64,000 nucleotides of DNA, from the NCBI GenBank assembly GCA_013001575.1, contig JABDMI010000036.1, positions 1,577 to 65,576 on the forward strand, read 5' to 3'. Below, piece after piece: positions 30,299 to 40,181 of this stretch. Source of the DNA: Gammaproteobacteria bacterium. Lineage in GTDB: Bacteria; Pseudomonadota; Gammaproteobacteria; Steroidobacterales; JABDMI01. The position numbers and the translations under genes were made by a program. The notes below the pieces were generated by a model that ran no database searches, was not told where the DNA came from, and worked only from the letters and a program-made list of their open reading frames with translations. The stretch's first letter is position 1; the number at the start of each line of letters is the position of its first letter.

Positions 30299-30765
30299 GT
30301 TTTTATGAGTCGCTTTTGTTGAAAGAAAGTTTTAAGTTGCTGACTGCATTCTTCCTGCAAAACACCTTCAATGCATTCAACCCGATGATTCAAAAACTCA
30401 CCATTTAATAAGTCGAACACACTACCCGCCGCACCAGTCCTCGGATCTTTGGTTCCGTAAACCAACTTAGCGACCCGTGCATGCACCATCGCCCCGGCAC
30501 ACATCGAACACGGTTCTAAAGTAACGTAGAGTGTGACATCGGCAAGTCGATAATTCTGAAAATTTTTCGCCGCTTCACGTAAAGCGATCATTTCGGCATG
30601 CGCAGATGGATCATGCGACGAGATCGGTCGATTATAGCCTTCTGCGATGACTTCCCCTTGATGCACAAGCACTGCACCCACCGGCACCTCACCCTCCGCT
30701 TCGGCTTGAGCAGCAAGCTCGATGCAGCGACGCATGAAATGTTCGTGAGAATTTTCATCAAACAT
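30295..30765 (-). CDS. tadA: tRNA adenosine(34) deaminase
   Basis: 156 aa. HAEMIALR and TLEPCSMCAGA are the CDA zinc motifs. Confidence 0.95.
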   Translation of the reverse strand: MFDENSHEHFMRRCIELAAQAEAEGEVPVGAVLVHQGEVIAEGYNRPISSHDPSAHAEMIALREAAKNFQNYRLADVTLYVTLEPCSMCAGAMVHARVAKLVYGTKDPRTGAAGSVFDLLNGEFLNHRVECIEGVLQEECSQQLKTFFQQKRLIKT

Positions 30766-30788
30766 AAAATTTAATCCTGTCGCGTAGG

Positions 30789-30901
30789 AATTTTGATTCA
30801 GTACAAGGCATAAATCGAGCGCAGTGAAGGAGCTTACTTAGGTAAGTGACTGAGTGAGCACGAGTTATAACGCAGTAATGAAACAAAATAACGAGCGAGA
30901 G
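30789..30901. repeat. structured ~110-nt element, copy A, directly 3' of guaA
   Basis: Shares flanks (ATTTTG…ACAAGGCA … TAACGCAGTA) and an apical hairpin (GGAGCTTAC-TTAG-GTAAGT, 30832-30847) with copy B. Its own arms, 30811-30828 and 30850-30867, are partly complementary. Confidence 0.6.
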
Positions 30902-32476
30902 TTATTCCCACTCAATAGTCGCCGGCGGTTTCCCGGAAATATCATAAACAACCCGGGATATGCCATCGACTTCGTTAATGATTCGACGTGAAACATGATC
31001 CAGAAAATCATACGGCAGGTGTGCCCATTGGGCGGTCATGAAATCTATGGTTTCAACGGCCCTGAGTGCGACCACATAATCGTATTTACGCCCATCGCCC
31101 ATAACCCCGACGGATTTAACCGGCAGGAATACGGCAAAGGCCTGACTGGTCTTGTGATACAACTCGTGATTCCATAGCTCTTTGATAAAAATGTCGTCGG
31201 CACGGCGCAACAAGTCGGCGTACTCTTTTTTCACTTCGCCCAGGATACGCACCCCGAGTCCGGGTCCCGGGAAGGGATGGCGCTGGATCATTTTTTCGGG
31301 CAATCCGAGAGTAAAACCGATCTTGCGCACTTCGTCTTTAAACAACTCTCTCAAAGGTTCGATCAATTCAAAACTCATGTCATCCGGCAATCCGCCAACA
31401 TTATGGTGTGACTTGATCACATGCGCTTTTCCGGTTTTCGATCCGGCCGACTCGATCACGTCCGGATAGATGGTACCTTGTGCCAACCATTTAATACCCT
31501 GCAATTTGGAGGCCTCTTCATCAAACACCTCGATGAACTGATGGCCAATGATCTTGCGCTTCTTCTCCGGATCGGTTTCGCCTTTTAAGGCGTCCAGAAA
31601 ACGTTTTTCCGCATCCACGCGAATGACTTTGACGCCCATGTTCTCGGCGAAGGTTTGCATGACCTGGTCGCCTTCCTTGAGCCTAAGCAAGCCGTGGTCC
31701 ACAAATACACAGGTTAGCTGGTCACCAATGGCTTTATTCAATAAAGCCGCGACCACGGATGAATCAACCCCACCCGACAAGCCTAAAAGTACCTGATCGG
31801 ACCCGACCTGTTTACGGATGCGTTCGATGCTGTCTTCAATAATATTTTCCGGGTTCCACAAGCCCTCGCAACCGCAAAACTCGCGTACAAAACGGAACAA
31901 GATTTCATGACCCTGTGAGGTATGCGTGACTTCCGGATGAAATTGCACCCCGTAAAAACCGCGAGCCCGATCTTCCATAGCCGCAAAAGGTGCATTGTCG
32001 GAACTTCCGATTGCCACAAAGCCTTCCGGTAATGACTCGACCCGATCACCATGACTCATCCACACATCAAAAATTCGTGTACCGTCTTCATCCATGCGAT
32101 CGCCCAGGCCCTGGAACAATTGCCCGTGCTCTTTGGAACGCACTTCGGCATAACCAAACTCTTTATGCGCCGAGGTACTGGTTTTCCCGCCAAGCTGGGT
32201 GGTCATGGTTTGCATGCCATAACAAATGCCCAAAACCGGCACGCCCAGGGTATAGACCACTTCGGGAGCGACGGGTGCATCGTCACCGATCGTACTTTCC
32301 GGACCACCCGATAGAATAATGCCGCTGGGTTTAAAAGCTTCCACATCCTGGTTACTGATGTCCCACGGATGTATTTCCGAATACACCCCCAATTCACGCA
32401 CGCGACGTGCAATCAGTTGGGTGTATTGAGCACCGAAGTCGAGAATTAGAATTCGTTGTTGGTGAATGTCTTGCAT
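30902..32476 (-). CDS. guaA: GMP synthase (glutamine-hydrolysing)
   Basis: 524 aa. GATase domain (GICYGMQ), ATP-PPase motif (SGGVDSSV) and C-terminal …PPATIEWE. Confidence 0.97.
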   Translation of the reverse strand: MQDIHQQRILILDFGAQYTQLIARRVRELGVYSEIHPWDISNQDVEAFKPSGIILSGGPESTIGDDAPVAPEVVYTLGVPVLGICYGMQTMTTQLGGKTSTSAHKEFGYAEVRSKEHGQLFQGLGDRMDEDGTRIFDVWMSHGDRVESLPEGFVAIGSSDNAPFAAMEDRARGFYGVQFHPEVTHTSQGHEILFRFVREFCGCEGLWNPENIIEDSIERIRKQVGSDQVLLGLSGGVDSSVVAALLNKAIGDQLTCVFVDHGLLRLKEGDQVMQTFAENMGVKVIRVDAEKRFLDALKGETDPEKKRKIIGHQFIEVFDEEASKLQGIKWLAQGTIYPDVIESAGSKTGKAHVIKSHHNVGGLPDDMSFELIEPLRELFKDEVRKIGFTLGLPEKMIQRHPFPGPGLGVRILGEVKKEYADLLRRADDIFIKELWNHELYHKTSQAFAVFLPVKSVGVMGDGRKYDYVVALRAVETIDFMTAQWAHLPYDFLDHVSRRIINEVDGISRVVYDISGKPPATIEWE

Positions 32477-32503
32477 TTAAGTCTTCTTACTTTTTGAGTT
32501 GAG

Positions 32504-32538
32504 ATTGCTTCGTCGCTATTTGAATAGCTCCTCGCAAT
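32504..32538. repeat. compound palindrome in the guaB-guaA spacer
   Basis: attgc-[ttcgtc]-gctatt-tg-aatagc-[tcctc]-gcaat. It resembles a REP-type palindromic unit. Confidence 0.5.
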
Positions 32539-32582
32539 GACAAAAATTATTAATATTTTATAAGCTGTGAACCATCCGAGAA

Positions 32583-32696
32583 ATATTTTGCTTGTAGACA
32601 AGGCAAAAAGGATTTTGAAAAACGGAGTTTACGTAGAGTAAATGAGTATTTTCTAAATTCTTTTTAACGCAGTATACGAGCAAAAGATGAAACGGA
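32583..32696. repeat. structured ~110-nt element, copy B, directly 3' of guaB
   Basis: Same flanks as copy A. Apical hairpin GGAGTTTAC-GTAGA-GTAAAT (32627-32643). Long arms 32606-32621 and 32649-32664 pair at 14 Watson-Crick positions plus 1 G·T out of 16. Confidence 0.6.
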
Positions 32697-34160
32697 TTAT
32701 CGTCTGTAGTTTGGTGCCGCTTTAGTAATCGTCACATCGTGTACGTGCGACTCCTGCATCCCAGCATTGGTGATCTGCACAAATTCCGGCTTGGTGCGCA
32801 TTTCAAGCATATTCTGGCAACCGGTATAACCCATGGCCGAACGAACACCGCCCATCATCTGGTGCACAATGGATACCATGCTGCCTTTGTAGGGAACGCG
32901 GCCTTCAATGCCTTCGGGCACCAGTTTTTCCACTTCATCGGTCTTATCCTGGAAATAACGATCACTGGAGCCGTGGGTTTTGGCCATAGCGCCGATCGAG
33001 CCCATGCCGCGATACGATTTGTAGGAACGTCCCTGATATAACTCGACTTCGCCCGGGGCTTCGTCGGTACCGGCGAGCATGCTGCCAACCATGATCGAGT
33101 AGGCGCCGGCCACCAAGGCCTTGGCAATGTCGCCCGAGTAGCGAATTCCACCATCCGCGATCAGTGGAACGCCTGAATCTTTAAGCGCTTCAGCCACATT
33201 CGCGACCGCACTGATCTGAGGAACTCCTACACCCGCGACAATACGCGTGGTACAAATAGAACCCGGGCCGATGCCGACCTTAACCCCGTCGGCGCCTGCT
33301 TCGACCAGGGCTACGGCCGCGGAACCGGTAACGATGTTACCGCCGATCACCTGTAAATGTGAATACTGTTGTTTGACCAATCGCACCATGTCGATCACGC
33401 CTTTAGAATGCCCATGTGAAGTGTCCACCACAATGACATCTACGCCGGCGGCTTCCAGAGCCGCGACACGTTCCAGAGTGTCTGCACCAGTTCCCACGGC
33501 AGCACCAACTCGTAGACGACTGCGCTCGTCTTTGCATGCGATGGGGAAATCGGTGGATTTTTGAATATCCTTGACCGTGATCATGCCACGTAATTCAAAG
33601 GCGTCATTCACCACCAGGATTTTCTCGATGCGGTGCTTGTGCAATAAATGCAATACCTCATCGCGCTGAGTGCCTTCTTTGACCGTGACCAGTTTTTCCT
33701 TGGGGGTCATGACCGTATGCACGGGCGCGTCGAGTTTGGTCTCAAAACGTAAATCACGGTTGGTCACAATACCGACCAGGTCTTTACCGTCAACTACCGG
33801 CATGCCACTGATCTTGTGACGACGGCTAAGTTCCAGGACATCACGGATGGATGATTTTGGGGTAACCGTGATTGGGTCGGAAATGATTCCGCTTTCGTAT
33901 TTTTTAACTTGCTGAACCTGGTCGGCTTGCTCTTCGGCAGTCATGCTTTTGTGGATTATGCCAATGCCACCTTCCTGGGCCAGTGAGATCGCCAAACGGG
34001 CCTCGGTCACGGTGTCCATGGCCGCCGAGATCAAGGGAATATTGAGTGGAATGTCCCGGGTTAAGCGGGTAGTGAGATCGACATCGCGTGGTAGCACTTC
34101 CGAATAAGCGGGCTGCAAAAGTACATCGTCAAATGTGAGAGCTTGTTGAATTATGCGCAT
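32697..34160 (-). CDS. guaB: IMP dehydrogenase
   Basis: 487 aa. Tandem CBS insert and the catalytic loop [11 protein letters not shown]. Confidence 0.97.
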   Translation of the reverse strand: MRIIQQALTFDDVLLQPAYSEVLPRDVDLTTRLTRDIPLNIPLISAAMDTVTEARLAISLAQEGGIGIIHKSMTAEEQADQVQQVKKYESGIISDPITVTPKSSIRDVLELSRRHKISGMPVVDGKDLVGIVTNRDLRFETKLDAPVHTVMTPKEKLVTVKEGTQRDEVLHLLHKHRIEKILVVNDAFELRGMITVKDIQKSTDFPIACKDERSRLRVGAAVGTGADTLERVAALEAAGVDVIVVDTSHGHSKGVIDMVRLVKQQYSHLQVIGGNIVTGSAAVALVEAGADGVKVGIGPGSICTTRIVAGVGVPQISAVANVAEALKDSGVPLIADGGIRYSGDIAKALVAGAYSIMVGSMLAGTDEAPGEVELYQGRSYKSYRGMGSIGAMAKTHGSSDRYFQDKTDEVEKLVPEGIEGRVPYKGSMVSIVHQMMGGVRSAMGYTGCQNMLEMRTKPEFVQITNAGMQESHVHDVTITKAAPNYRR

Positions 34161-34374
34161 GTTAACCTCTATCCTGTGTTGATCGCGTCAAGAGGAGTTG
34201 AAGTAAACTCGCTAAAGCTCTATGACGACTGAAGTTAACAATTCATTATACTTGCTCTGCAGCATGCGGTAAATGTGACCACGTGGATAAATTTCAAATT
34301 ACCATTTGCATCCAAAGGCGCTAAGATGTCAGCTGATTGATATTTAGCGCTCAAACATTCAACAGGACAGCAGT

Positions 34375-35733
34375 CTGGAAAACAGCACTCGACATATTTA
34401 TAGCGTATCGGAACTGAATCGCACGGTCCGGCAGATCCTGGACATTGAGTTGCCCGCGGTGTGGCTGGAAGGCGAGATCTCCAACCTGGCGCGCCCGTCT
34501 TCGGGGCACTGGTATTTCAGTCTGAAAGACGAAAATGCGCAAATCCGCTGCGCAATGTTCCGGCGTGCCAACGCCAGGGTCGGCTTTGTACCCGAAAACG
34601 GTGACAAAGTCATGGTTCGTGGCAAGATCAGTTTGTACGAGGCACGCGGTGACTATCAACTCATCGCCGAACACATGGAAGACGCCGGCAGCGGGGCTTT
34701 GCAACGTGCCTATGAGCAGTTGCGCGACCAGTTATCCAAAGAAGGGCTGTTTGCCGCCGAGCATAAACAGAGTTTGCCCACCCTACCGCATCGCATCGGC
34801 ATCATCACTTCAGGCAGCGGCGCTGCCTTGCACGACATCACCCAGGTCATGCAACGACGCATGCCGCTGGTTGAGGTGTTGCTTTACCCGGTTTTGGTAC
34901 AAGGCGAACTGGCTCCGGCCGAGATCAGTCATGCCATTATGCAAGCCGACCACGAAGGAAAATGCGATGTCTTGATCGTGGGTCGCGGGGGCGGCTCACT
35001 GGAAGATCTATGGGCCTTTAATGATGAGCGCGTCGCGCGTGCCGCCTTTGCGTGTAAAACCCCGATCATTTCAGCGGTTGGGCATGAAGTCGATTTCACC
35101 ATTCTGGATTTTGTTGCCGACTTACGCGCACCAACGCCCTCGGCCGCCGCCGAATTGGCCACCCCGATCAGCAGTGATGATCTTTTAGGCCGCTTGAGCA
35201 GTTTGTTGCAGCATATGGCTCGCATGCTGAGTAATCGTTTGCAGCGCGAGCAAAATCAGCTGGGGCATTTGCGCAAACGCTTGCACCTGGCGCATCCCGG
35301 TCAGTGGGTGAATCAGCAACAACAACGTCTGGATGGCTTGAGTAAACGATTACAGCAGTTGATGACACGGATCACAGGAGATAAAAGAACACGATTTGAA
35401 CGGATCTCACAACGGTTGGGGCGCCAAACGCCTGCGCACAAACTAACAGAAAACCAAAAACAACTGGCTTATTTGTATAAGCGATTGCAGGACAATGTGC
35501 AGCACAAGATTGCTTTGCACAAGCATCGTCTGGGTCTGCAAAGTGGCAAACTCGATGCCCTCAGCCCATTAGCCACCCTGCAACGCGGTTATGCCGTGGT
35601 TCAGCTTGACGATGCTAAGCTGGGCAAAACGGTGGTCTCGTCGGTAGAACAAATTCAAAGCGGTGTAGAATTGAACACCGAACTGCACGATGGGTATTTT
35701 TCGGCACAAGTCACCTCAGTCACAAAAAAATGA
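34375..35733 (+). CDS. xseA: exodeoxyribonuclease VII large subunit
   Basis: The OB-fold N-terminus (IYSVSELNRTVRQILD…VWLEGEISN) lies upstream of the ORF-track TTG at 34450. The frame is open from the stop at 34345, with no ATG, GTG or TTG before 34450. The best candidate is CTG at 34375, with AGGA 7 nt upstream. The start is uncertain. Confidence 0.85.
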   Translation: MENSTRHIYSVSELNRTVRQILDIELPAVWLEGEISNLARPSSGHWYFSLKDENAQIRCAMFRRANARVGFVPENGDKVMVRGKISLYEARGDYQLIAEHMEDAGSGALQRAYEQLRDQLSKEGLFAAEHKQSLPTLPHRIGIITSGSGAALHDITQVMQRRMPLVEVLLYPVLVQGELAPAEISHAIMQADHEGKCDVLIVGRGGGSLEDLWAFNDERVARAAFACKTPIISAVGHEVDFTILDFVADLRAPTPSAAAELATPISSDDLLGRLSSLLQHMARMLSNRLQREQNQLGHLRKRLHLAHPGQWVNQQQQRLDGLSKRLQQLMTRITGDKRTRFERISQRLGRQTPAHKLTENQKQLAYLYKRLQDNVQHKIALHKHRLGLQSGKLDALSPLATLQRGYAVVQLDDAKLGKTVVSSVEQIQSGVELNTELHDGYFSAQVTSVTKK

Positions 35734-36698
35734 GCACTATAAATACGATGAAACTATTCAAGATCCTTTTTCTGTCCACATTGCTATTTGGCACATTTTT
35801 AACCAATGCGAATCCCGCTCCAGAACAAAGCATGTCGGATCCGGACATAGTCGAACCGCCTGTTAACGCACAAGCTTTGCCGGAAGAATCTCTGGTGCCG
35901 GGCGGAATTGCCATAGTCCCGACCGGGATCAGCACAAAATTCCCCAAACCCAAAGTGACCTTGTACAAAAGAAAGGTCGCGGTGATCGCAAAAAATGACG
36001 AATGGGTGGCGGTGTCGGGCATTCCCTTAAAACAAAAACCGGGCAAAGCCGAATTGATCGTGCATGGTGTCTTAAACAAAACCAACAAACTCAAAAACCC
36101 GACCTTAGCGGTCACAATTCAAGACAAAAAGTACCGCACCCAGGAATTAACTGTTAAGCCGGGCCAGGTGAACTTGAGTGAAAAGAATCTGGCGCGTTAT
36201 CAAAAAGAAAAAGTGCGCATCAATAATGCCAAAGCGACCTGGACCGATTCCGACCACGTGCCGTTTGATTTTATTTATCCGGTCATGGGTCCACGCAGCA
36301 GTTCTTTTGGTTTACGCCGCGTGTTCAATGGTCAGTCGCGTAACCCGCACAGCGGGATGGACATTGCCGCCGATACTGGCACGCCAATATTAAGCGTTGC
36401 CGACGGCACCGTCATTGAGACCGGGGATTATTTCTTTAATGGCAACACGGTGTTTGTGAATCACGGCCAGGGCTTGATCACGATGTATTGTCATATGAGC
36501 AAGATCGATGTAAAAGCCGGTGATATTGTTGCGCAAGGCGACAGGATCGGTGACGTGGGCGCAACTGGCAGAGTGACCGGGCCGCATTTGCATTTCGGAG
36601 TGCAAATGAACCGCACCTGGGTGGACCCGGCCTTGTTATTACCCAAGGAAGCCGCGGCCGATAAAAACGTGGCCAGTACACAATCAACGAATAAATAA
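35730..36698 (+). CDS. M23-family metallopeptidase (LytM domain), secreted
   Basis: 322 aa with a signal peptide. Contains HSGMDIAADTGTPI…GPHLHFGV. There is a 4-nt overlap with xseA. Confidence 0.9.
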   Translation: MSTINTMKLFKILFLSTLLFGTFLTNANPAPEQSMSDPDIVEPPVNAQALPEESLVPGGIAIVPTGISTKFPKPKVTLYKRKVAVIAKNDEWVAVSGIPLKQKPGKAELIVHGVLNKTNKLKNPTLAVTIQDKKYRTQELTVKPGQVNLSEKNLARYQKEKVRINNAKATWTDSDHVPFDFIYPVMGPRSSSFGLRRVFNGQSRNPHSGMDIAADTGTPILSVADGTVIETGDYFFNGNTVFVNHGQGLITMYCHMSKIDVKAGDIVAQGDRIGDVGATGRVTGPHLHFGVQMNRTWVDPALLLPKEAAADKNVASTQSTNK

Positions 36699-36749
36699 AA
36701 CGCCCTTTTCTCTTATCTAATATTCCGTGAGGAATGTTGCTGACGGTTG

Positions 36750-37475
36750 ATGAATGCAAGCATGACTGATAAAAATAATTTCATTGGCATTTACCCCGAT
36801 TGTCTGAACGCGGAATTTTGCCAAACCCTGATCAACAAATTCGACAGTGACTCACGCACCTATCAAGGCCAAACCGGTCAAGGCGTAGACGCCAACAAGA
36901 AAGACAGTCTGGATCTCATGCTCGACCCACATCAAGACTGGCATGCGGAACTCAGCGCTATTCACCAGATAACCCTGCATGGGCTAATTCGATACGCCCG
37001 CGAATATCCACATTTTCTGGTCGGTGCATTGTCACTGAACTGGACACCCCCGGGTTCAAATCAGGCCAAAGAAATTCGAGCCGAGGATATTACTTCGATG
37101 GATGATAGTTTGTTGGCAAATTTCATTACCTCGGTATTTCGCTTGGGTAAAACCAATCTGCAAAAATACAATAAGGGGTCGGGCGGCTATCACCACTGGC
37201 ATTCCGAGCATTACCCGCACCCGCATGACGAGAGCAATGCGTCATTGCATCGCACCTTGTTGTGGATGTATTACTTGAATGACGTTGAGAAAGGTGGAGG
37301 CACTTCGTTCTATTACCAAAATCAGACCATTTCACCCAAGACCGGTACTTTGGTCATTGCGCCCGCGGGTTTTACGCATACACACAAAGGTGAGATTCCC
37401 GAGTCGAATGACAAATACATTTTGACTTCCTGGGTAATGTATAAGACGCGTGAGGAATTGTATAAGATCAAGTGA
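36750..37475 (+). CDS. putative 2OG-Fe(II) oxygenase-superfamily protein
   Basis: About 241 aa. GGYHHWHSEH…LLWMYYLNDVEKGGGTSFY…FTHTHKG resembles the small 2OG-FeII_Oxy_5/TIGR02466-type family. The start is ambiguous (36747, 36750 or 36762). Confidence 0.55.
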   Translation: MNASMTDKNNFIGIYPDCLNAEFCQTLINKFDSDSRTYQGQTGQGVDANKKDSLDLMLDPHQDWHAELSAIHQITLHGLIRYAREYPHFLVGALSLNWTPPGSNQAKEIRAEDITSMDDSLLANFITSVFRLGKTNLQKYNKGSGGYHHWHSEHYPHPHDESNASLHRTLLWMYYLNDVEKGGGTSFYYQNQTISPKTGTLVIAPAGFTHTHKGEIPESNDKYILTSWVMYKTREELYKIK

Positions 37476-38430
37476 CGCCAAATACAGTAAAACTCAGGCC
37501 TATATAAACACCAAAACCCGCCAAAAGTACGCCACCTTCCAAGCGGTTTAATTGCCGACCTGTATACAAAAACAGTAAAAGCAATACCGATATACCCAGC
37601 ATCACCCATTGATCGAATTGCAAAATTCTTGCATGCACAGGGAGTGGCTGCAGTAAAGCGGATATACCCAGAATTCCCAACAAATTAAAAATATTGCTGC
37701 CGAGTACATTGCCAACCGCCACATCAGCATGCCCGCGTAAAGCGGCAATCACCGAAATAGAAAGTTCTGGAAGTGATGTTCCTACCGCAACCAGTGTCAA
37801 ACCGATAACCGCTTCGGAAACGCCAAAGTTCTCGGCAATCCCGACCGCCCCCTTAAGTAGCACTTGTGAGCCACTTATTAAAAGCAGCAGCCCGACAATC
37901 ACCATCGTTACTGTCCAGATTGCCGATCTCGGCAACGCTGTTATTTCTTCGGATTCGGCTTTATGCAGTTCCGCCGAAGGTGCAGCATGAAAACGTTCAG
38001 TCCTATACGCCCATACCAGATAAGCCGCCAAGGCCAGCAATAAGATCATGGCGTCTGTTCGCTGCAACGCTTTTCCACCAGCCAATATTAGAAATAACAT
38101 ACTTGCCACTACCACTGTGACAGCATCCCGGCGAAGAACCAATGGCCTGACTTGTAATGGTGTGATCAGGGCACATATGCCCAAGATCAGCAATACATTA
38201 CTGATATTACTCCCAACAACATTGCCGATAGCAATATCCGGTCGTTGGTTAAGTGCTGCATCAAGCGTGACTACTAACTCTGGTGCTGAGGTGCCGAAAC
38301 CGACAATGATCAGGCCGCTTAATAATGGAGACACACCAAGTCGCTTGGCTGCAGCCAAGGATCCTCTGATCAATGCTTCACCACCAAGCGCAAGCAAGGC
38401 CATGCCTAAAACCAGAAGTAGAAAATTCAT
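37468..38430 (-). CDS. yrbG: Ca2+/Na+ antiporter (CaCA family, YrbG-like)
   Basis: 320 aa, polytopic, with duplicated alpha-repeats (GTSAPEL and GTSLPEL; GNVVGSNI and GNVLGSNI). Confidence 0.9.
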   Translation of the reverse strand: MNFLLLVLGMALLALGGEALIRGSLAAAKRLGVSPLLSGLIIVGFGTSAPELVVTLDAALNQRPDIAIGNVVGSNISNVLLILGICALITPLQVRPLVLRRDAVTVVVASMLFLILAGGKALQRTDAMILLLALAAYLVWAYRTERFHAAPSAELHKAESEEITALPRSAIWTVTMVIVGLLLLISGSQVLLKGAVGIAENFGVSEAVIGLTLVAVGTSLPELSISVIAALRGHADVAVGNVLGSNIFNLLGILGISALLQPLPVHARILQFDQWVMLGISVLLLLFLYTGRQLNRLEGGVLLAGFGVYIGLSFTVFGVT

Positions 38431-38646
38431 GCTTTGTCAGCTCTTTGAAATAGTGAGATTTTTCAATTTGGCGGTGATACTGAAGGCACTAAATAAATGG
38501 TGCCCATCACAACACAATTAGAAAAATTCTTGCGGCGGAACTTTAAAACAGCTTAATTTTTTATATATCTACAAGTCTTGTTAAAAGTGGGGCGATTGAA
38601 AATTGCCGTCCAATTTACTCAAGTTGGTTTGCCTTTAGCTTGCAGA

Positions 38647-39279
38647 TCACATTATAGATTGTACCTGTTTCGCACAATCTTTTGCCGGACTCCAGTACCA
38701 GCCATTAGGATCCCAGGTACGTCCACAGGTCATGTACATACACTGGCTATAGGCCTGCTTGGCTTGTTCAGTCTTGCCTAGCATGTGCAATGAACGTGCT
38801 TTAGCCCATAGTGCCGTAGAGACGTCGTTCATCAGGTAATTTTTTTCAATTTTCCCTTTACTTTTCGCGCCAACCTTGCCGGTCGGAGGGCATTTCTTGC
38901 CTTCATCGTGATACATTTTTTGCTGTTGACCCGCATCCGGGCCCCACTGACTGAAGCAGGTATTTACTGTGTTAACTGCGTTTTCGTATTGCTTGTCGGC
39001 AAATTGTTCTATCGCCGTGATCGCCCAAAATGCCGAATCACCGAGCTCGGGCTTTGTAGAGATGCAGGGATTCTTTTCTGCCTCTTCAATAACAGGACTT
39101 TCTGCATTGTCAGTAACATCGCTATCTGACTTTTCAATAACCGCACTTTCCGCAACTTCTGTTTTGGAATCTTCCATTGCCATATTGTCAGCAATGACAC
39201 TCTCACCTGCAAACACTGCACAATTCACAAGTCCGATGAGAATGATATTGACCGGTTTAAAATTATTTACAAAACTCAT
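38647..39279 (-). CDS. hypothetical secreted Cys-containing protein with an acidic repeat
   Basis: The ATG at 39279 is preceded by GGAGAG. Signal peptide, a duplicated AES(A/P)VIE(K/E) segment, and a C-terminal helical region with seven Cys. No family was recognised. Confidence 0.4.
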   Translation of the reverse strand: MSFVNNFKPVNIILIGLVNCAVFAGESVIADNMAMEDSKTEVAESAVIEKSDSDVTDNAESPVIEEAEKNPCISTKPELGDSAFWAITAIEQFADKQYENAVNTVNTCFSQWGPDAGQQQKMYHDEGKKCPPTGKVGAKSKGKIEKNYLMNDVSTALWAKARSLHMLGKTEQAKQAYSQCMYMTCGRTWDPNGWYWSPAKDCAKQVQSIM

Positions 39280-39412
39280 TGTGCTCTCCAAATACAGGTA
39301 CTAAAACTATTGAGGTAGACATCATAGCGTAACCTTTACAGCAATTCATGTCCGGCTCCTGAAAGAGACATGAGCGTCCAGACTAAACAGGTGATTCAAA
39401 TACAACATTGAA

Positions 39413-39601
39413 TCACTCCACGCGTATAATTTTTTTCGCAAACGGCATGATCACAATGGCAATGCCGATCCAGATGTAGAGCAAGTAATCTCCGGTGTTG
39501 TCCGGCATTTTTATCTCACCGGCAGCTACCACAACTGCAACCACGAGCAAGATACCGAAACTGATGATCAGTGACCCTGCAAAGTATTTTAGGTATTTCA
39601 T
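39413..39601 (-). CDS. small two-TM membrane protein, hypothetical
   Basis: 62 aa with two hydrophobic helices. No homology was recognised. Confidence 0.35.
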   Translation of the reverse strand: MKYLKYFAGSLIISFGILLVVAVVVAAGEIKMPDNTGDYLLYIWIGIAIVIMPFAKKIIRVE

Positions 39602-39743
39602 TTTGATTCAACTCTAATAACAAATAAGTTTTAACTTTGATTGTACCGAATGCCCGAACATGGTTTCAGAAAACATGGTGGCAGTATTGAAAAGCGCGCC
39701 CTATTACAAGATTCGGCATTAAATGCCGGTTATGACCTTAAGA

Positions 39744-40100
39744 CTAACACTCGAGAATGGTAACAAATCCACCGTATATCATCCGTTTACCATCAAAAGG
39801 CATTTTACTCATATCCCAACCCTGCAAGCGAGGATCCTCCATCGCGGCTTTATTGCCTGCATCACGGGCTTCACGGGAAGGCCAGGTGATCCAGGAAAAA
39901 ACCACAACTTCGCCTTCCTCACACTTAACCGCCATCGGTAGTGATGTCAGTTCTCCATCTGGCACATCGTCTGCCCAGTTCTCGACGACTGACAAGGCAC
40001 CATGATCTTTAAACACGACAGCGGATTCTTGAGCAAGCTTAATGTAATCGGACTTGTTCTTCTTCGGAACCGCAAGCACATAACCATCTACATAAGACAT
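39744..40100 (-). CDS. DUF1428-family protein (YbaA-like)
   Basis: 118 aa. MSYVDGYVLAVPKKNK…FSWITWPS…MPFDGKRMIYGGF is the typical DUF1428 pattern. Confidence 0.8.
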   Translation of the reverse strand: MSYVDGYVLAVPKKNKSDYIKLAQESAVVFKDHGALSVVENWADDVPDGELTSLPMAVKCEEGEVVVFSWITWPSREARDAGNKAAMEDPRLQGWDMSKMPFDGKRMIYGGFVTILEC

Positions 40101-40181
40101 AAATTACTTCTCCTTTTTTGATAACAGCAATCATCAAGTGTACGCTTAAGTTTATCATGACTCGTTATCTAACATTCCTTG

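Noticed and set aside
34351-34704. 117-aa minus-strand ORF overlapping the xseA 5' region
   Set aside because: It is antisense to the conserved XseA OB-fold coding sequence and has no recognisable features.
38624-38640. Sigma-54-like promoter TGGTTTGCCTTTAGC (GG-N10-GC spacing) on the plus strand
   Set aside because: The -12 element is TAGC rather than TTGC. There is also no plus-strand gene downstream, because the next genes are on the minus strand.
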